Positions 9,580-19,787 are shown, counted from the stretch's first letter. The stretch: 64,000 nucleotides of DNA from Proteobacteria bacterium bin106 (GCA_002238945.1 MPNI01000010.1:971-64970), one strand, 5' to 3'. Notes: generated from the letters alone by a model not told the origin. Translations and numbers: made by a program.

Positions 9580-10440
9580 ATGTATCCTTGTATTTTAGAC
9601 AACTGGGTATCCGGCTTGGCTCGTTATGGAAGTGTGCTTTGTGCACTATTTGTGCTTGGATCATGTGGTAATGCTGTTCTCGAGAAAAATACGAAAAGTG
9701 AAGTAGATGGTGCATTTTTTGAAGAAAGCGATGCATTAGGAGAAAAAGCCAAAGATCATTCAAGAATAGTTATATTGCTGTTAGGGGATTCTTTAACGTA
9801 TGGTTATGATTTAAGTGATCCTAAAAAAAATGCTTATCCAGGAGTTGCTACAGATCTCTTATCAAAGAAGGGTTATGATATCACACTAATTAGTGGCCCT
9901 GGTGATCTTGAGACTTTTTTAGCTAAAAATAGAGTCAAGAACTATATGCAAGCTGTTGAGAGTCATGATATCACTTTGATCAATGCCAGTGTTCCAGCAG
10001 TATTAGCAGAATTTGGTGTACAGGCATTGAAGGTGGCACTGAAGTTTTATGAAGAAGCCGGTATAACTCACGTGTTCATTGCCTTGGGTGCTAATGATGG
10101 TTTGAAGCTAGTTTCTGTAAGATTGATCAATAAATTCATTAATGACATCATTAAAGAAGTCAAATATCAGGGAATGAAGCCATTGCTTGGAGGCATGAAG
10201 ATGCCTCCTTCTGATAAATATGTGCACTTTCAGCGATACGATACAGCAGGTTTTGCTGCTATTTTTCCATCTTTAGCCCAAAAGCATAACATTCCATTAT
10301 GGGAATTTATCCTCAAAGATGTAGCTTTAAAGAAGAAATACAATCATGGTGACAAAATTCATCCAAATGTTGAAGGTCATAAGATCATAGGTAGGCATTT
10401 TGCTTCTTTTTTGCAAAAGCATGTGCTCGATTCACGGTAA
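9580..10440 (+). CDS. SGNH/GDSL hydrolase lipoprotein (TesA/arylesterase-like), paralogue 1
   Basis: Block I LLLGDSLTYGY, block III LGANDG, block V GDKIHPNVEGH. Lipobox VLGSC. The ORF is open from GTG 9493; I prefer Met 9580. Confidence 0.8.
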   Translation: MYPCILDNWVSGLARYGSVLCALFVLGSCGNAVLEKNTKSEVDGAFFEESDALGEKAKDHSRIVILLLGDSLTYGYDLSDPKKNAYPGVATDLLSKKGYDITLISGPGDLETFLAKNRVKNYMQAVESHDITLINASVPAVLAEFGVQALKVALKFYEEAGITHVFIALGANDGLKLVSVRLINKFINDIIKEVKYQGMKPLLGGMKMPPSDKYVHFQRYDTAGFAAIFPSLAQKHNIPLWEFILKDVALKKKYNHGDKIHPNVEGHKIIGRHFASFLQKHVLDSR

Positions 10441-10642
10441 TATGGCTTTTGCTATCAGCGGAGATGAAGAATAATGCTGCAACATCGGAAAGAATATTTT
10501 TTGTGGTTCCTATGTGTATGGAAGCTAATTACATGTATGTGTTGAGTCATCTTATATATAGCTAGTTTAACTGGTATTTTGAGGCAGTTCAAAAGATGAG
10601 TGAAGCTTAAAAGCTAGAGACAACAGAGAGGATAGAGGGTTG

Positions 10643-11587
10643 ATGATACGTACAAAGTATCGCAATTTTATGCCATTCTTTGAAAGAGATGGATTGTTTT
10701 GGGGCCTCTTTGTTGCGTTCTTTTTGGTACTGTCATGTGATGGTTCATCTGTTGATGAAGACCCAAATATCCATAAAAAAGGAGATCCTCATCTTCGTGC
10801 TGAAGATAGTGCAAAGAAGAAAGATACAGAAGATATAGAAGAGACAGATAACAATAAAGATACAGGTCAGAAAACAGCACAGAGGGAAGGCAAGAAGAAT
10901 ACAGATCAGAAGAAGGTGGTATTGTTGTTGCTGGGTGATTCTCTTACTTTTGGTTTTATGTTAGGGCAGCCTGCAAAGCATGCTTATCCTGCAATTGCTA
11001 GAAATCTCTTATCAGCGAAGGGCCATAGTATCACCTTGATTAACGATCCTAGTGATCCTTTTAATCTTTTTCAACAAGATAGAGTCAAGAACTATGTGGA
11101 AGCCGTTGAGAGTCATGATATCACTTTGATCAATGCCAGTGCTCCGGCAGTACGTGCAGAACATGGGGTGAGTGCATTGCTTGCGGCACGCGCCTTATAT
11201 GAGGAAATTCAGATAACTCATGTGCTTCTTGCTTTAGGGGCCAATGAGGGGTTAAAGCGGGTTTCAGTGTCTAAGGTTCGTAGTGATATTGATAACATGA
11301 TTCGTGAGGTTAAATCTCTTGGTATGGAGCCATTGCTTGGCGGTATGAAGATGTTTCCTCCAGAGCGATTTCCTCAGTACCAAGAGTACACTCCAGACTT
11401 TGATGCTATGTTCCCAGATTTATCGAATAAGTATGATATTCCGTTATGGGATTTTATTCTTAAGGATGTAGCTTTAAAGAACGAATACAATCTTGTTGAT
11501 GGGATTCATCCTAATATTGAAGGTCATAAAATTATAGGTAGATACTTTGCTTCTTTTTTGCAAAAACATTTACTCAAACCAATATAG
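10643..11587 (+). CDS. SGNH/GDSL hydrolase lipoprotein, paralogue 2
   Basis: The same blocks (LLLGDSLTFGF, LGANEG, VDGIHPNIEGH), lipobox LVLSC. Collinear with paralogue 1, including the 3' flank. Confidence 0.8.
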   Translation: MIRTKYRNFMPFFERDGLFWGLFVAFFLVLSCDGSSVDEDPNIHKKGDPHLRAEDSAKKKDTEDIEETDNNKDTGQKTAQREGKKNTDQKKVVLLLLGDSLTFGFMLGQPAKHAYPAIARNLLSAKGHSITLINDPSDPFNLFQQDRVKNYVEAVESHDITLINASAPAVRAEHGVSALLAARALYEEIQITHVLLALGANEGLKRVSVSKVRSDIDNMIREVKSLGMEPLLGGMKMFPPERFPQYQEYTPDFDAMFPDLSNKYDIPLWDFILKDVALKNEYNLVDGIHPNIEGHKIIGRYFASFLQKHLLKPI

Positions 11588-11888
11588 TTTCATTATATGG
11601 CTACTTCTTTGAGGTATGGAGATGATCTGTATAGGGAAGGTGGAGATCGTGTCTGTCATAAGAGATGTGCAAACAACTCACCATCCTAGACAGCACAATG
11701 TGAGCCATATTGTTTCAAGATCTTTTGTTATCAAGGGGTTATGTTTGATTTATGCTATGAATGTTGTGAAACTTGAGTGGCATGAGTGGGTGTCTTGACT
11801 TTTGACAGGTAATGAGTGTAAGGTACTTCATGAGTTGTGATGTTATATGTCTGTTCATAATGTTTATCTTTGATGAGGAAGTATTGTC

Positions 11889-12110
11889 ATGGCGGTCCCT
11901 AAGTTTCGTACATCTAAGTCTAAGCGTGACTCCCGCCGCTCACATCATCGTTTGAGTTCACCTGTTCATCATGGTTGCAAAGAGTCATGTTCTCAGGCAT
12001 CAAAATTTGCTATGCCTCGAGCCATTTTACGCCATCGTGCTTGTCCGGTATGTGGTCTTTATAAAAACCGTCAAGTGCCTAAAGTCTTTAGTTCACGTTT
12101 CCCTTCTTGA
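11889..12110 (+). CDS. rpmF: 50S ribosomal protein L32 (Cys-containing form)
   Basis: MAVPKFRTSKSKRDSRRSH N-terminus and C..C ... CPVCG zinc-ribbon-like cysteines. GAGGA lies 9 nt upstream. Confidence 0.85.
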   Translation: MAVPKFRTSKSKRDSRRSHHRLSSPVHHGCKESCSQASKFAMPRAILRHRACPVCGLYKNRQVPKVFSSRFPS

Positions 12111-12140
12111 TATCTTTTTTGTCATCATAGGCTATACAAG

Positions 12141-13103
12141 ATGCTATCTTTAGCTATGTTTCCTGGACAAGGAAGTCAGCTTGTGGGGATGGGCAAGGAT
12201 GTCCTTTCTGAATTCCCTTACACTGAGAAGATCTACGAAGAAGCAGAAGATACTGTTCATCTTCCTTTGCGTAAGCTTTGTTTTGAAGGGCCTCAGGAGA
12301 AGCTCAATCAAACCTGCTATGCTCAACCTTGTGTTCTTGTGACATCAGTAGCTATTTGGCATGTGTTGCAACAAGAAACCTCTTTTCAGGCTGCTTATTT
12401 TGCAGGGCACAGTTTGGGAGAGTACACAGCATTGGTGGCTAGTGGTAAAGTGGGACTTGCCACAGCCACAGACCTTGTTTATAAACGCGGTAAAGCTATG
12501 CAAGAGGCTTTTTGTGCGGATAGAGCAGCTATGCTTGCTCTTTTAGGCCCTGTGGATCACAAAAAACTTGAAGATCTCTGCTCCAAGATAACACAGGAGT
12601 GCCGTGATGGTGAGGGAGATCATGATGATATGGTGGCCATAGCTAATATCAATGCTTCTCAGCAGGTAGTGGTTTCAGGTAGTCAGTTGGCTGCAGCAAA
12701 GCTTAAGGCTTCTATGGCTAAAGAACTGGGCCCGTCTATTCGTTCCATTTTTTTATCTGTGAGTGCTCCTTTTCATTGCTCATTAATGAGTCCTGCTCGT
12801 AAAGCGCTAGCTGATACCTTGTATAATACCTCCATTGCGCACTCTCCTTATCAGCTGATTTCTAATGTTACAGGTTTACTTGAAGTTCCCTATACTCCAA
12901 AGCTATTGGTGGAGCAAATTGATGCACCCGTGATGTGGTTGAAAACCTATCATACAGCTCAATCGTTAGGGGTGGAAAGGTTGGTGGAAGTGGGTGCTGG
13001 CAATGTTTTAAGCAAGATGTGGCGCAAAGAGCCAGGCTATTCATCGTTGCAGGTACACAATACGTCTCATTTGCGTGACGTATTGCCGGTATTGCAAAAG
13101 TAA
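12141..13103 (+). CDS. fabD: Malonyl-CoA:ACP transacylase
   Basis: FPGQGSQLVGMG, active-site GHSLGEY, SAPFHCSLM. Confidence 0.93.
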   Translation: MLSLAMFPGQGSQLVGMGKDVLSEFPYTEKIYEEAEDTVHLPLRKLCFEGPQEKLNQTCYAQPCVLVTSVAIWHVLQQETSFQAAYFAGHSLGEYTALVASGKVGLATATDLVYKRGKAMQEAFCADRAAMLALLGPVDHKKLEDLCSKITQECRDGEGDHDDMVAIANINASQQVVVSGSQLAAAKLKASMAKELGPSIRSIFLSVSAPFHCSLMSPARKALADTLYNTSIAHSPYQLISNVTGLLEVPYTPKLLVEQIDAPVMWLKTYHTAQSLGVERLVEVGAGNVLSKMWRKEPGYSSLQVHNTSHLRDVLPVLQK

Positions 13104-13109
13104 CCATAA

Positions 13110-13160
13110 AAGCCAGCTTGAGGGGGTTGTGATTCTTTTAAAGCTGGCTTGTTTGTTTTT
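13110..13160 (+). terminator. Rho-independent terminator after fabD
   Basis: A perfect 10-bp stem, aagccagctt (13110-13119) with aagctggctt (13141-13150), a 21-nt loop, then gtttgttttt. Confidence 0.6.
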
Positions 13161-13183
13161 GCCTGTTGATTGGCAGAAGATGT

Positions 13184-13423
13184 TTAATTGTCTTCGTCGA
13201 TGATTTGGAGAAGATAGCGTTTGGATATTTTTGCAGCAGCACAATTGATAATGGTGCGAATAGCATCAGCGGTGCGTCCTTGGCGGCCAATGACTTTACC
13301 AATATCACTTTTTGCCACTTTGAGCTCAATAATATGTGTTTGATTACCTTGCACTTCAGTGATGTTTATTTTAGAGGCATCATCTACTAAAGACATGGCA
13401 ATACACTTAACCAATTCTTCCAT
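13184..13423 (-). CDS. KH-domain RNA-binding protein (KhpA/UPF0109-like)
   Basis: VAKSDIGKVIGRQGRTADAIRTII is the GxxG KH core. The ORF stays open to 13726, but family members are about 80 aa, so I prefer Met at 13423. Confidence 0.65.
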   Translation of the reverse strand: MEELVKCIAMSLVDDASKINITEVQGNQTHIIELKVAKSDIGKVIGRQGRTADAIRTIINCAAAKISKRYLLQIIDEDN

Positions 13424-13540
13424 GGAAATATCCTCAAGAGAGACCTCTTTAAGAGTTCCGTGGCCAGAATCCGCACCATTTGATCCTGGTGATTCCGGTG
13501 GTGAAGAGTTATGTGTATCTTGGTTTTTGGGGTAACTTAT

Positions 13541-13580
13541 TAGGTCTTCTTTGTTTCCTAGGTCTTCTTTGTTTCCTAGG
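13541..13580. repeat. 18-bp tandem repeat taggtcttctttgtttcc x2.2
   Basis: Direct reading. It lies in the open frame upstream of the KH core and would encode KEDLGN x2. Confidence 0.85.
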
Positions 13581-13956
13581 TTTTTTATAACATCTACCAC
13601 AGTAGCAACTCCTAGATTCGAATGTGCAGCAACAACATGGATCAACAGCAAGTGAGAGCAAAGAACATGGCACATGATAGCATTGAGCATTCCCATCGCG
13701 CTCTTAAGTCTATCACAGTTTTTCAAAGTTAGGCATGAGTTGCAGGGTAGGGATGGGTTTTAAAAAAGAGGAGCTGCAGTAAGACAGAAGAGCCACAAGA
13801 TAAGAGTGGAAAAGAAGCAGGTGTTTAAGATTTGTTTTTCTTAGTACCATCAGGCTATAATGTGTTGCTGTAACATGATTTTAAAGAGATCAGCCACAAG
13901 ATGATGTGACTGGTGATGTATGTTCAACATTTTTTGAGATGAAAGAGTAGACAATT

Positions 13957-14397
13957 ATGGAAACAGTGAGGCGGGAGCATATCTTTTCTGGCTCTATGGA
14001 AAAAGTCTTTTGTGGTATTAGCGATTACGCAGCTTATCCGCGTTTTATCCAAGGAGTGACAGCTGTGGCAGAGGTGGATAAAATCGATCCAAAAGCTACA
14101 AAAGCTTTAAAGTTTGAGCTTCATGTGATCAAGAAATTTCATTATGTACTGGATATGTATGAAGAAGAATTTAGCCAGATTTCTTGGGAGTTGAGAAGCT
14201 CTAATTTTTTATCTCATAATTCAGGCAGTTGGAATCTTTCAGAGCATAGTCCACATTTCACCAAAGTAGTCTATGAGCTTAATATTGGCTTTAAGATCAT
14301 TATTCCCTCTGTGATTATCAAAAAACTGACATCTTCTTCAGTACCTTTGATGTTTAAAGGCTTTCAAAAACTCATCGATTCCCAAAATGTTGACTGA
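13957..14397 (+). CDS. SRPBCC/START-fold protein (RatA/COQ10-like)
   Basis: 146 aa. The size and pattern are typical of the polyketide_cyc2/RatA family. This is a recognition-level call only. Confidence 0.5.
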   Translation: METVRREHIFSGSMEKVFCGISDYAAYPRFIQGVTAVAEVDKIDPKATKALKFELHVIKKFHYVLDMYEEEFSQISWELRSSNFLSHNSGSWNLSEHSPHFTKVVYELNIGFKIIIPSVIIKKLTSSSVPLMFKGFQKLIDSQNVD

Positions 14398-14429
14398 TTG
14401 AGAGAAAGTGAGAGAAAGAAAGAAAAAAA

Positions 14430-17400
14430 CTACGTTGCTGCTTTTTGGATACTCAGAAAGGTAGCAATATCATCAAAGGTAACCTCTTTGAGTGGTTGGC
14501 TTTGGTTTTTCTGTACCATCTCTTTGAGCTCAATGAGGTCCTTGCTAGAATGGATTTGAGATGCAAGAGTTTCTTTTTTCATGTAGTCAGTAAAGGTAGC
14601 AAGGGCTGGACTGAGGGCTGGAACATCGAGAAGATAAATATGGATACGATCACTGAGGTGTAATCCATGATCTTTTCGCATATTTTGAATACGATTTACC
14701 AATTGACGAGCTATGCCTTCACAAATGAGCTCTTCGGTGAGTTCTGTGTTTAAGACCACAGTGAGATGATCTTGAGTGATAGAAAGTAGATCTTTGTGGT
14801 CTGAGTAGCTAATGATGACATCTTCTGGTTGCAGTGTGTAGGCTACTTCACCACTTTCTTTAAGTAAAACCACGTCTTGGTTGTTTTGAAGCTTACTGAT
14901 GCTTTCTTGTCTTAGATGTTTGATTTTTTCAGCCACCTCTTTGGTTTGTCTGCCAAGCTTAGCACCGAGAACAGGAAAGTTAGCTTTGATGCGACGACTG
15001 AGCTTGGTGTCACCGCCATCGAGCCATTGAAGGTCTTTGATATTGGTTTCATGACAGATCATGTCTTTTAAAAATAATCGATCTTTTGAGTTAAGTTTTT
15101 CACTGACTTTGTTTTTAACCACCATGACTTTTGATAGAGGTTGTCTGACACGTATTTTGGCTTTTTCTCTTAAAGAAAGTATTAAAGAGGTGATGGATCT
15201 TGCCAGGTTCATGCGATCTTCAAGAGCTGTATCGATAAAATCACTATCAGAGAAAGGAAAGTTGGTTAGATGGATAGAATCTTTGCTGTTAGGGATGCTA
15301 CTTTTATGTGAGGAGTCATGTTGTATCAAATCGAGATACAAACGCTCAGCTAACATGGGAGCAAAGGGAGCGATCAATCCAGCAAGGGTGTGGAGGCAGG
15401 TGTAAAGGGTACTGTAGGCAGCGAGTTTGTCTGCTGCGGTTGTGTTTGCCCAAAATCTGCGACGACTGAGTCGAACGTACCAGTTGGAGAGTTTATCCAT
15501 GGTAAAACGTTGGATGTATCGTGTGGCCATGGTGGGATCAAAAGCATCTAAAGAAGCCTCAACCTTAGCAGCCATGGTATGAAGTTCTGAAAGAATCCAA
15601 GTATCTAACGCGGTTCTTTTTATGGTGTTGGCTTGATGGCAAAGCTTGGGATCATATTGGTCAAGGTTGGCGTACAGTGCAAAAAAGTGATAGGTGTAAA
15701 AAAGGGTGTCAAAGAATTTTTTGGTGTTTTCTTTAAGTTGCCTCAGATCAAACTTTAGATTTTCCCAAGGCTTAGCATTACTCACCATATACCATCTCAC
15801 CATATCAGCCCCCCAAGTGTTGATGACTTCAAAAGGATCGATGGTGTTACCTAGACGTTTAGACATTTTTTGACCGTGTTTGTCCAGTATCAGGCCATTA
15901 GCAATAACATGTTTATAGGCAATAGAGTCAAAGCATAACGCAGCTATGACATGCAAAGAAAAGAACCAACCACGGGTTTGATCTACGCCTTCAGCAATAA
16001 AATCAGCTGGAAAAGGTACGGTGTGGATGTCTTTATGGCTAAAAGGATAATGCATGGACGCATAGGGCATAGCCCCTGAGTCAAACCAGACATCGATAAC
16101 ATCGTTTTCTCGGTAGAGCGCTTGGCCATCTTTGCCAGATAATATCACTTCATCCACCACAGTGCGGTGCAGATCGAAGTTGCGGTAATGTTCATCAGAT
16201 AGATTTGTGGGATCATAGTTTTCAAGGAAGTTGGTTTTCATAAGGCCAGCTTTGATGGCTCGAGATATCTCCTCTTTGAGCTCAGCTAGAGAACCGATAA
16301 TCCGTGTTTCACTTTTGTCTTGAGAACTCCAAATAGGCAGAGGAATACCCCAATAACGACTGCGCGAAAGATTCCAATCTACCACATGCTTCAACCAATC
16401 TCCAAAACGTGATGTTCCCGTAGAGGCAGGATACCAGTTGATAGTGGCATTTAGTTCGAGTAGCTTTTCTTTGATAGCTGTGGTTTGAATAAACCATGAG
16501 TCCATAGGCATATACAAGATGGGGCCATCGGTACGCCAACAATGAGGGTAATTGTGGAGGTACTTTTCAGCTTTAAAGGCAAGGTTGCGCTCTTTTAAAT
16601 CAATCACCAAATCCACATCCAGAGGACGCTTTGATGCCGTGTTTTTGGGTTGATTTTTTAAGTAGTCATCCTTTACAGCTCGGTTGGCAAATGCACCTAG
16701 AAAAGGACGGTAAAAGCCTTTTTTATCCACAATATCAAGACTGACAATCTTTTCACGCTGACAGACACGATAGTCATCAGCGCCATAACAAGGAGCCATA
16801 TGAACAATACCGGTTCCTTCTTCAGTGCTTACAAAATCATCAGAAACCACACGGTATATATCACCTTCAGGGAGAGGATCTACCAATGAAAATACCGGTT
16901 GATAGCGCACATCAAGCAGATACTTTCCCTTAAAACGTGCATGGATAGTGTAGGAGTTAGGGGTAGGAGAGTTGTCTTTAAAATACCGCTTGAGACAGGA
17001 TTCAGCTAATATGACCTGAACTCTTACCTTGCTGTATGGATGTTCTGTAGAAAGGAGCAGATAGGAGATATCCTTTCCCACACATAGAGCACAGTTGGCT
17101 GGAAGAGTCCAGGGGGTTGTGGTCCAGGCTAGTATGTAGATAGCTTTTGAGCTATCTACAGTCATTTTATTATCCATAAAATGTTCTTTGGTGAGTGTGT
17201 TTAAAAACACGTCGGTGTGAGTGATGGCAAATTGAGCCACAACACTCTGATCACGTACTTCTTTGTAACAGCCCGGTTGATTTAACTCATGGGAGCTTAA
17301 AGCACTTCCTGCTAAAGGAGAATACGGCTGGATAGAGTAGCCTTGATAGAGATAACCTTTTTGAGCAATACGAGAAATCAACCACCACACAGATTCCATG

Positions 17401-17879
17401 TATTTGCTGGAACAGGTGTGGTAAGCCTTATCCATATCCACCCAATATCCCATGGAATAGGTGAGTTGTTGCCAGTCTTTGAGATAGGTGGTGACAGCTT
17501 TAAGACAGTGATCATTGAATTCTTTCACAGAAAGAGTGGTGCCAATATCTTCTTTGCGAATTCCAAGAGAGGATTCCACACTTAATTCAATGGGGAGTCC
17601 ATGAGTATCCCAGCCTGCCACACGTGGTACCGGATGTCCCTTAAGAGCATAGTAACGACAGAAGATATCTTTGAGGGCTCGTCCCATGACATGGTGGATA
17701 CCAGGACGTCCATTGGCTGAAGGAGGTCCTTCATAAAAGACAATGTCGGGTAGCGCTCCCTCTATGTTACGACGCTCAGAAATGGTGCGTTGAAAAATAT
17801 CTTTTTTTTGCCAGTAGTCAAGAATAGACCTTGAAATGTCCGCATAATTAAGAAGACGAGGATATTCTTTGAAGCTCAT
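14430..17879 (-). CDS. ileS: Isoleucine--tRNA ligase, long type-2-like form
   Basis: 1149 aa. PPSANGRPGIHHVMGR (HIGH region), KMSKRLGN (KMSKS), editing-domain WTTTPWTLP. There is no C-terminal CxxC cluster. Confidence 0.97.
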   Translation of the reverse strand: MSFKEYPRLLNYADISRSILDYWQKKDIFQRTISERRNIEGALPDIVFYEGPPSANGRPGIHHVMGRALKDIFCRYYALKGHPVPRVAGWDTHGLPIELSVESSLGIRKEDIGTTLSVKEFNDHCLKAVTTYLKDWQQLTYSMGYWVDMDKAYHTCSSKYMESVWWLISRIAQKGYLYQGYSIQPYSPLAGSALSSHELNQPGCYKEVRDQSVVAQFAITHTDVFLNTLTKEHFMDNKMTVDSSKAIYILAWTTTPWTLPANCALCVGKDISYLLLSTEHPYSKVRVQVILAESCLKRYFKDNSPTPNSYTIHARFKGKYLLDVRYQPVFSLVDPLPEGDIYRVVSDDFVSTEEGTGIVHMAPCYGADDYRVCQREKIVSLDIVDKKGFYRPFLGAFANRAVKDDYLKNQPKNTASKRPLDVDLVIDLKERNLAFKAEKYLHNYPHCWRTDGPILYMPMDSWFIQTTAIKEKLLELNATINWYPASTGTSRFGDWLKHVVDWNLSRSRYWGIPLPIWSSQDKSETRIIGSLAELKEEISRAIKAGLMKTNFLENYDPTNLSDEHYRNFDLHRTVVDEVILSGKDGQALYRENDVIDVWFDSGAMPYASMHYPFSHKDIHTVPFPADFIAEGVDQTRGWFFSLHVIAALCFDSIAYKHVIANGLILDKHGQKMSKRLGNTIDPFEVINTWGADMVRWYMVSNAKPWENLKFDLRQLKENTKKFFDTLFYTYHFFALYANLDQYDPKLCHQANTIKRTALDTWILSELHTMAAKVEASLDAFDPTMATRYIQRFTMDKLSNWYVRLSRRRFWANTTAADKLAAYSTLYTCLHTLAGLIAPFAPMLAERLYLDLIQHDSSHKSSIPNSKDSIHLTNFPFSDSDFIDTALEDRMNLARSITSLILSLREKAKIRVRQPLSKVMVVKNKVSEKLNSKDRLFLKDMICHETNIKDLQWLDGGDTKLSRRIKANFPVLGAKLGRQTKEVAEKIKHLRQESISKLQNNQDVVLLKESGEVAYTLQPEDVIISYSDHKDLLSITQDHLTVVLNTELTEELICEGIARQLVNRIQNMRKDHGLHLSDRIHIYLLDVPALSPALATFTDYMKKETLASQIHSSKDLIELKEMVQKNQSQPLKEVTFDDIATFLSIQKAAT

Positions 17880-17911
17880 AAAGGGGATACTCTCTAGCTA
17901 AAAGGTGGCTT

Positions 17912-17967
17912 GTTTTCATGACTAGTTTTCATGACTAGTTTTCATGGCTAGTTTTCATGGCTAGTTT
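17912..17967. repeat. 13-bp tandem repeat gttttcatgRcta x4.3 in the ileS leader
   Basis: Direct reading. It lies 33 nt upstream of the ileS start. Confidence 0.95.
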
Positions 17968-18161
17968 CCTTATGACTTTCCATGATTTGGAAATGAAGGT
18001 ATTGATGGGTAACTTCGTCAGATTATTTCGGATGCGATGTTCAACCGTTTACGGGGCCGTCTTATTTTGCTTACTCTGTATATGATGTTTTTACAGTTAC
18101 CAAAAAGTTGCGTGCGGTTTTTTATGCTGCACTTTTTTGCCATCCTAAGAAGAATGAGGGA

Positions 18162-19628
18162 CTATGGCGAAGTTTTGCTTGCTGGAGAGTACTCAGCAGT
18201 CTGTTTGAGGTGTTTGTTGTAGTAGGCATCACCATTAAGGTCTATGTTCAACTCCTTAGCTTTTTTATCATTATAGAGAACACCAATAACATGTGGTTTG
18301 TCCACAAAATAGTTTTTAGCGAAAGTTGCGATGTCTTTTAAGGTGATATGTGGTATTTCACGTAAAGAGTATTTGATAAAGCCTAGTCCATGAGATGCCG
18401 CCGTTTCTGAGAGTATAGATTCGATGGTTGTAAAGCTATCACTTGCAGATGTAAGGCTAATATCAATCTGTTGTTTAAGGTTATCAAGCTGTTTTTGAGT
18501 GAAGTAATCCTTTTGGTTGGTCCATAGCTGAGTTTCTTTGAGCATGTCATCGATGGCTTGATCAATATTCTCCGATTCTTGTGTGCCTATATATATGTTA
18601 TAAGTTGGGGCATATGAGTTTGTATTTTCATCGATTCCAGCGTAGTAGTACTTGCCGGATTGGATATATTTCTTGTGGAATCTGGAAGATTTATGACTGA
18701 GGAGTTTTGCTAAGATCTCTCCTGTGATGATATCTTTTGGTTGATCAAAAATTTGAGATCCATCAAATCTGATGTATCCCCCAGCTCCGGTTTGTTCATG
18801 ATGAGCAAAGTTGAAGCGCTGAGATGTGGTGGGAAATGGGGGATTTTCGGCAGTGGGAGGTTTTTGCCAATGGGGTGGAGCTTTCCAGTTTCCAAAGTGT
18901 GAGTCAATGGTTTTTATGACCTGCTGATGATCCACATCTCCTACCACAAATATCCGTGTATTAGCAGGTGCCATGATGGTGTTTGCTAACTCCCTTAGAG
19001 TCTTCTGGTCGGCTTTGTAGATGTTTTCGCTGGTGGTACCGATGGCCGAGTAAGCAAAATGCTGCTTACCTAGTAGGTAATGCATGCTGACACGCCAGAA
19101 GGCAAAGTAGCGTCTGAGCATATGTCGGTTGTACTCATCAATGACCACAGTGATCTCTTCTTTGATCTCACGAGGGTCAAGAGTTAGAGATTGAGCTATG
19201 GTTCCAGCTAATTCACTTACCTCATCTAGATATGCTGAAAGAAAGGTAAAGTGGTAATCCACATAATCTATATAAGTTGTGGCATTAGATGATACTCCAA
19301 GCTCTCGGAGTCGTTTTTTAAACGCGACCTCGGTGGGAGTGAGTTTATTGCCTTTCATAAAAAGGTGTTCAAGCAGATGAGTGAGGCCATCGGTGTCTTT
19401 GGTTTCTGTTTTAGCACCTGCACCAAACTGCACCCTCATTTTGACCAGAGGTGTATTAGATACTTTGGCTGTAATAATGGTCAGGCCATTATCTAGTGTT
19501 GCTTCTTTAAAGTCTAGTGTCGCCCAAGCCTTAAAAGAAAATAACCCGCTAACAAGAAACGAGCCACAAAGAATGATAAGTCGTTTATGAAATCGGGTTG
19601 TGGGCATGTAAAAATCCGTATTAACCAC
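18162..19628 (-). CDS. M16 (pitrilysin/insulinase) family zinc peptidase, secreted, paralogue A
   Basis: HxxEH motif in GLTHLLEHLFMKGN and an N-terminal signal sequence. The start is ambiguous (GTG 19628 or ATG 19607). Confidence 0.85.
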   Translation of the reverse strand: MVNTDFYMPTTRFHKRLIILCGSFLVSGLFSFKAWATLDFKEATLDNGLTIITAKVSNTPLVKMRVQFGAGAKTETKDTDGLTHLLEHLFMKGNKLTPTEVAFKKRLRELGVSSNATTYIDYVDYHFTFLSAYLDEVSELAGTIAQSLTLDPREIKEEITVVIDEYNRHMLRRYFAFWRVSMHYLLGKQHFAYSAIGTTSENIYKADQKTLRELANTIMAPANTRIFVVGDVDHQQVIKTIDSHFGNWKAPPHWQKPPTAENPPFPTTSQRFNFAHHEQTGAGGYIRFDGSQIFDQPKDIITGEILAKLLSHKSSRFHKKYIQSGKYYYAGIDENTNSYAPTYNIYIGTQESENIDQAIDDMLKETQLWTNQKDYFTQKQLDNLKQQIDISLTSASDSFTTIESILSETAASHGLGFIKYSLREIPHITLKDIATFAKNYFVDKPHVIGVLYNDKKAKELNIDLNGDAYYNKHLKQTAEYSPASKTSP

Positions 19629-19787
19629 CCGGAGGCAGTCATGTGCGGTTGCTCATGGACTACCTCTAATGTTCTTGTGTTGATGCTTCCTTATTGTGAG
19701 CTTTGTGTCCGTATTGTTTTTTATTCTTTAGTTAAGTATATGCAGAGTGGTTGTGAAACTTAAAGTATAGGTAAGTGATGAGGACTG

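Noticed and set aside
11616-11798. A 60-aa ORF downstream of the second SGNH gene
   Set aside because: It lies in sequence homologous to the non-coding 3' flank of the first SGNH gene (the duplicated flank). It has no motif support.
13424-13726. An N-terminal extension of 101 codons on the KH-protein ORF
   Set aside because: KhpA-type proteins are about 80 aa. The extension contains an 18-bp tandem repeat and has no signal or domain features. I annotated the short form but cannot exclude the long one.
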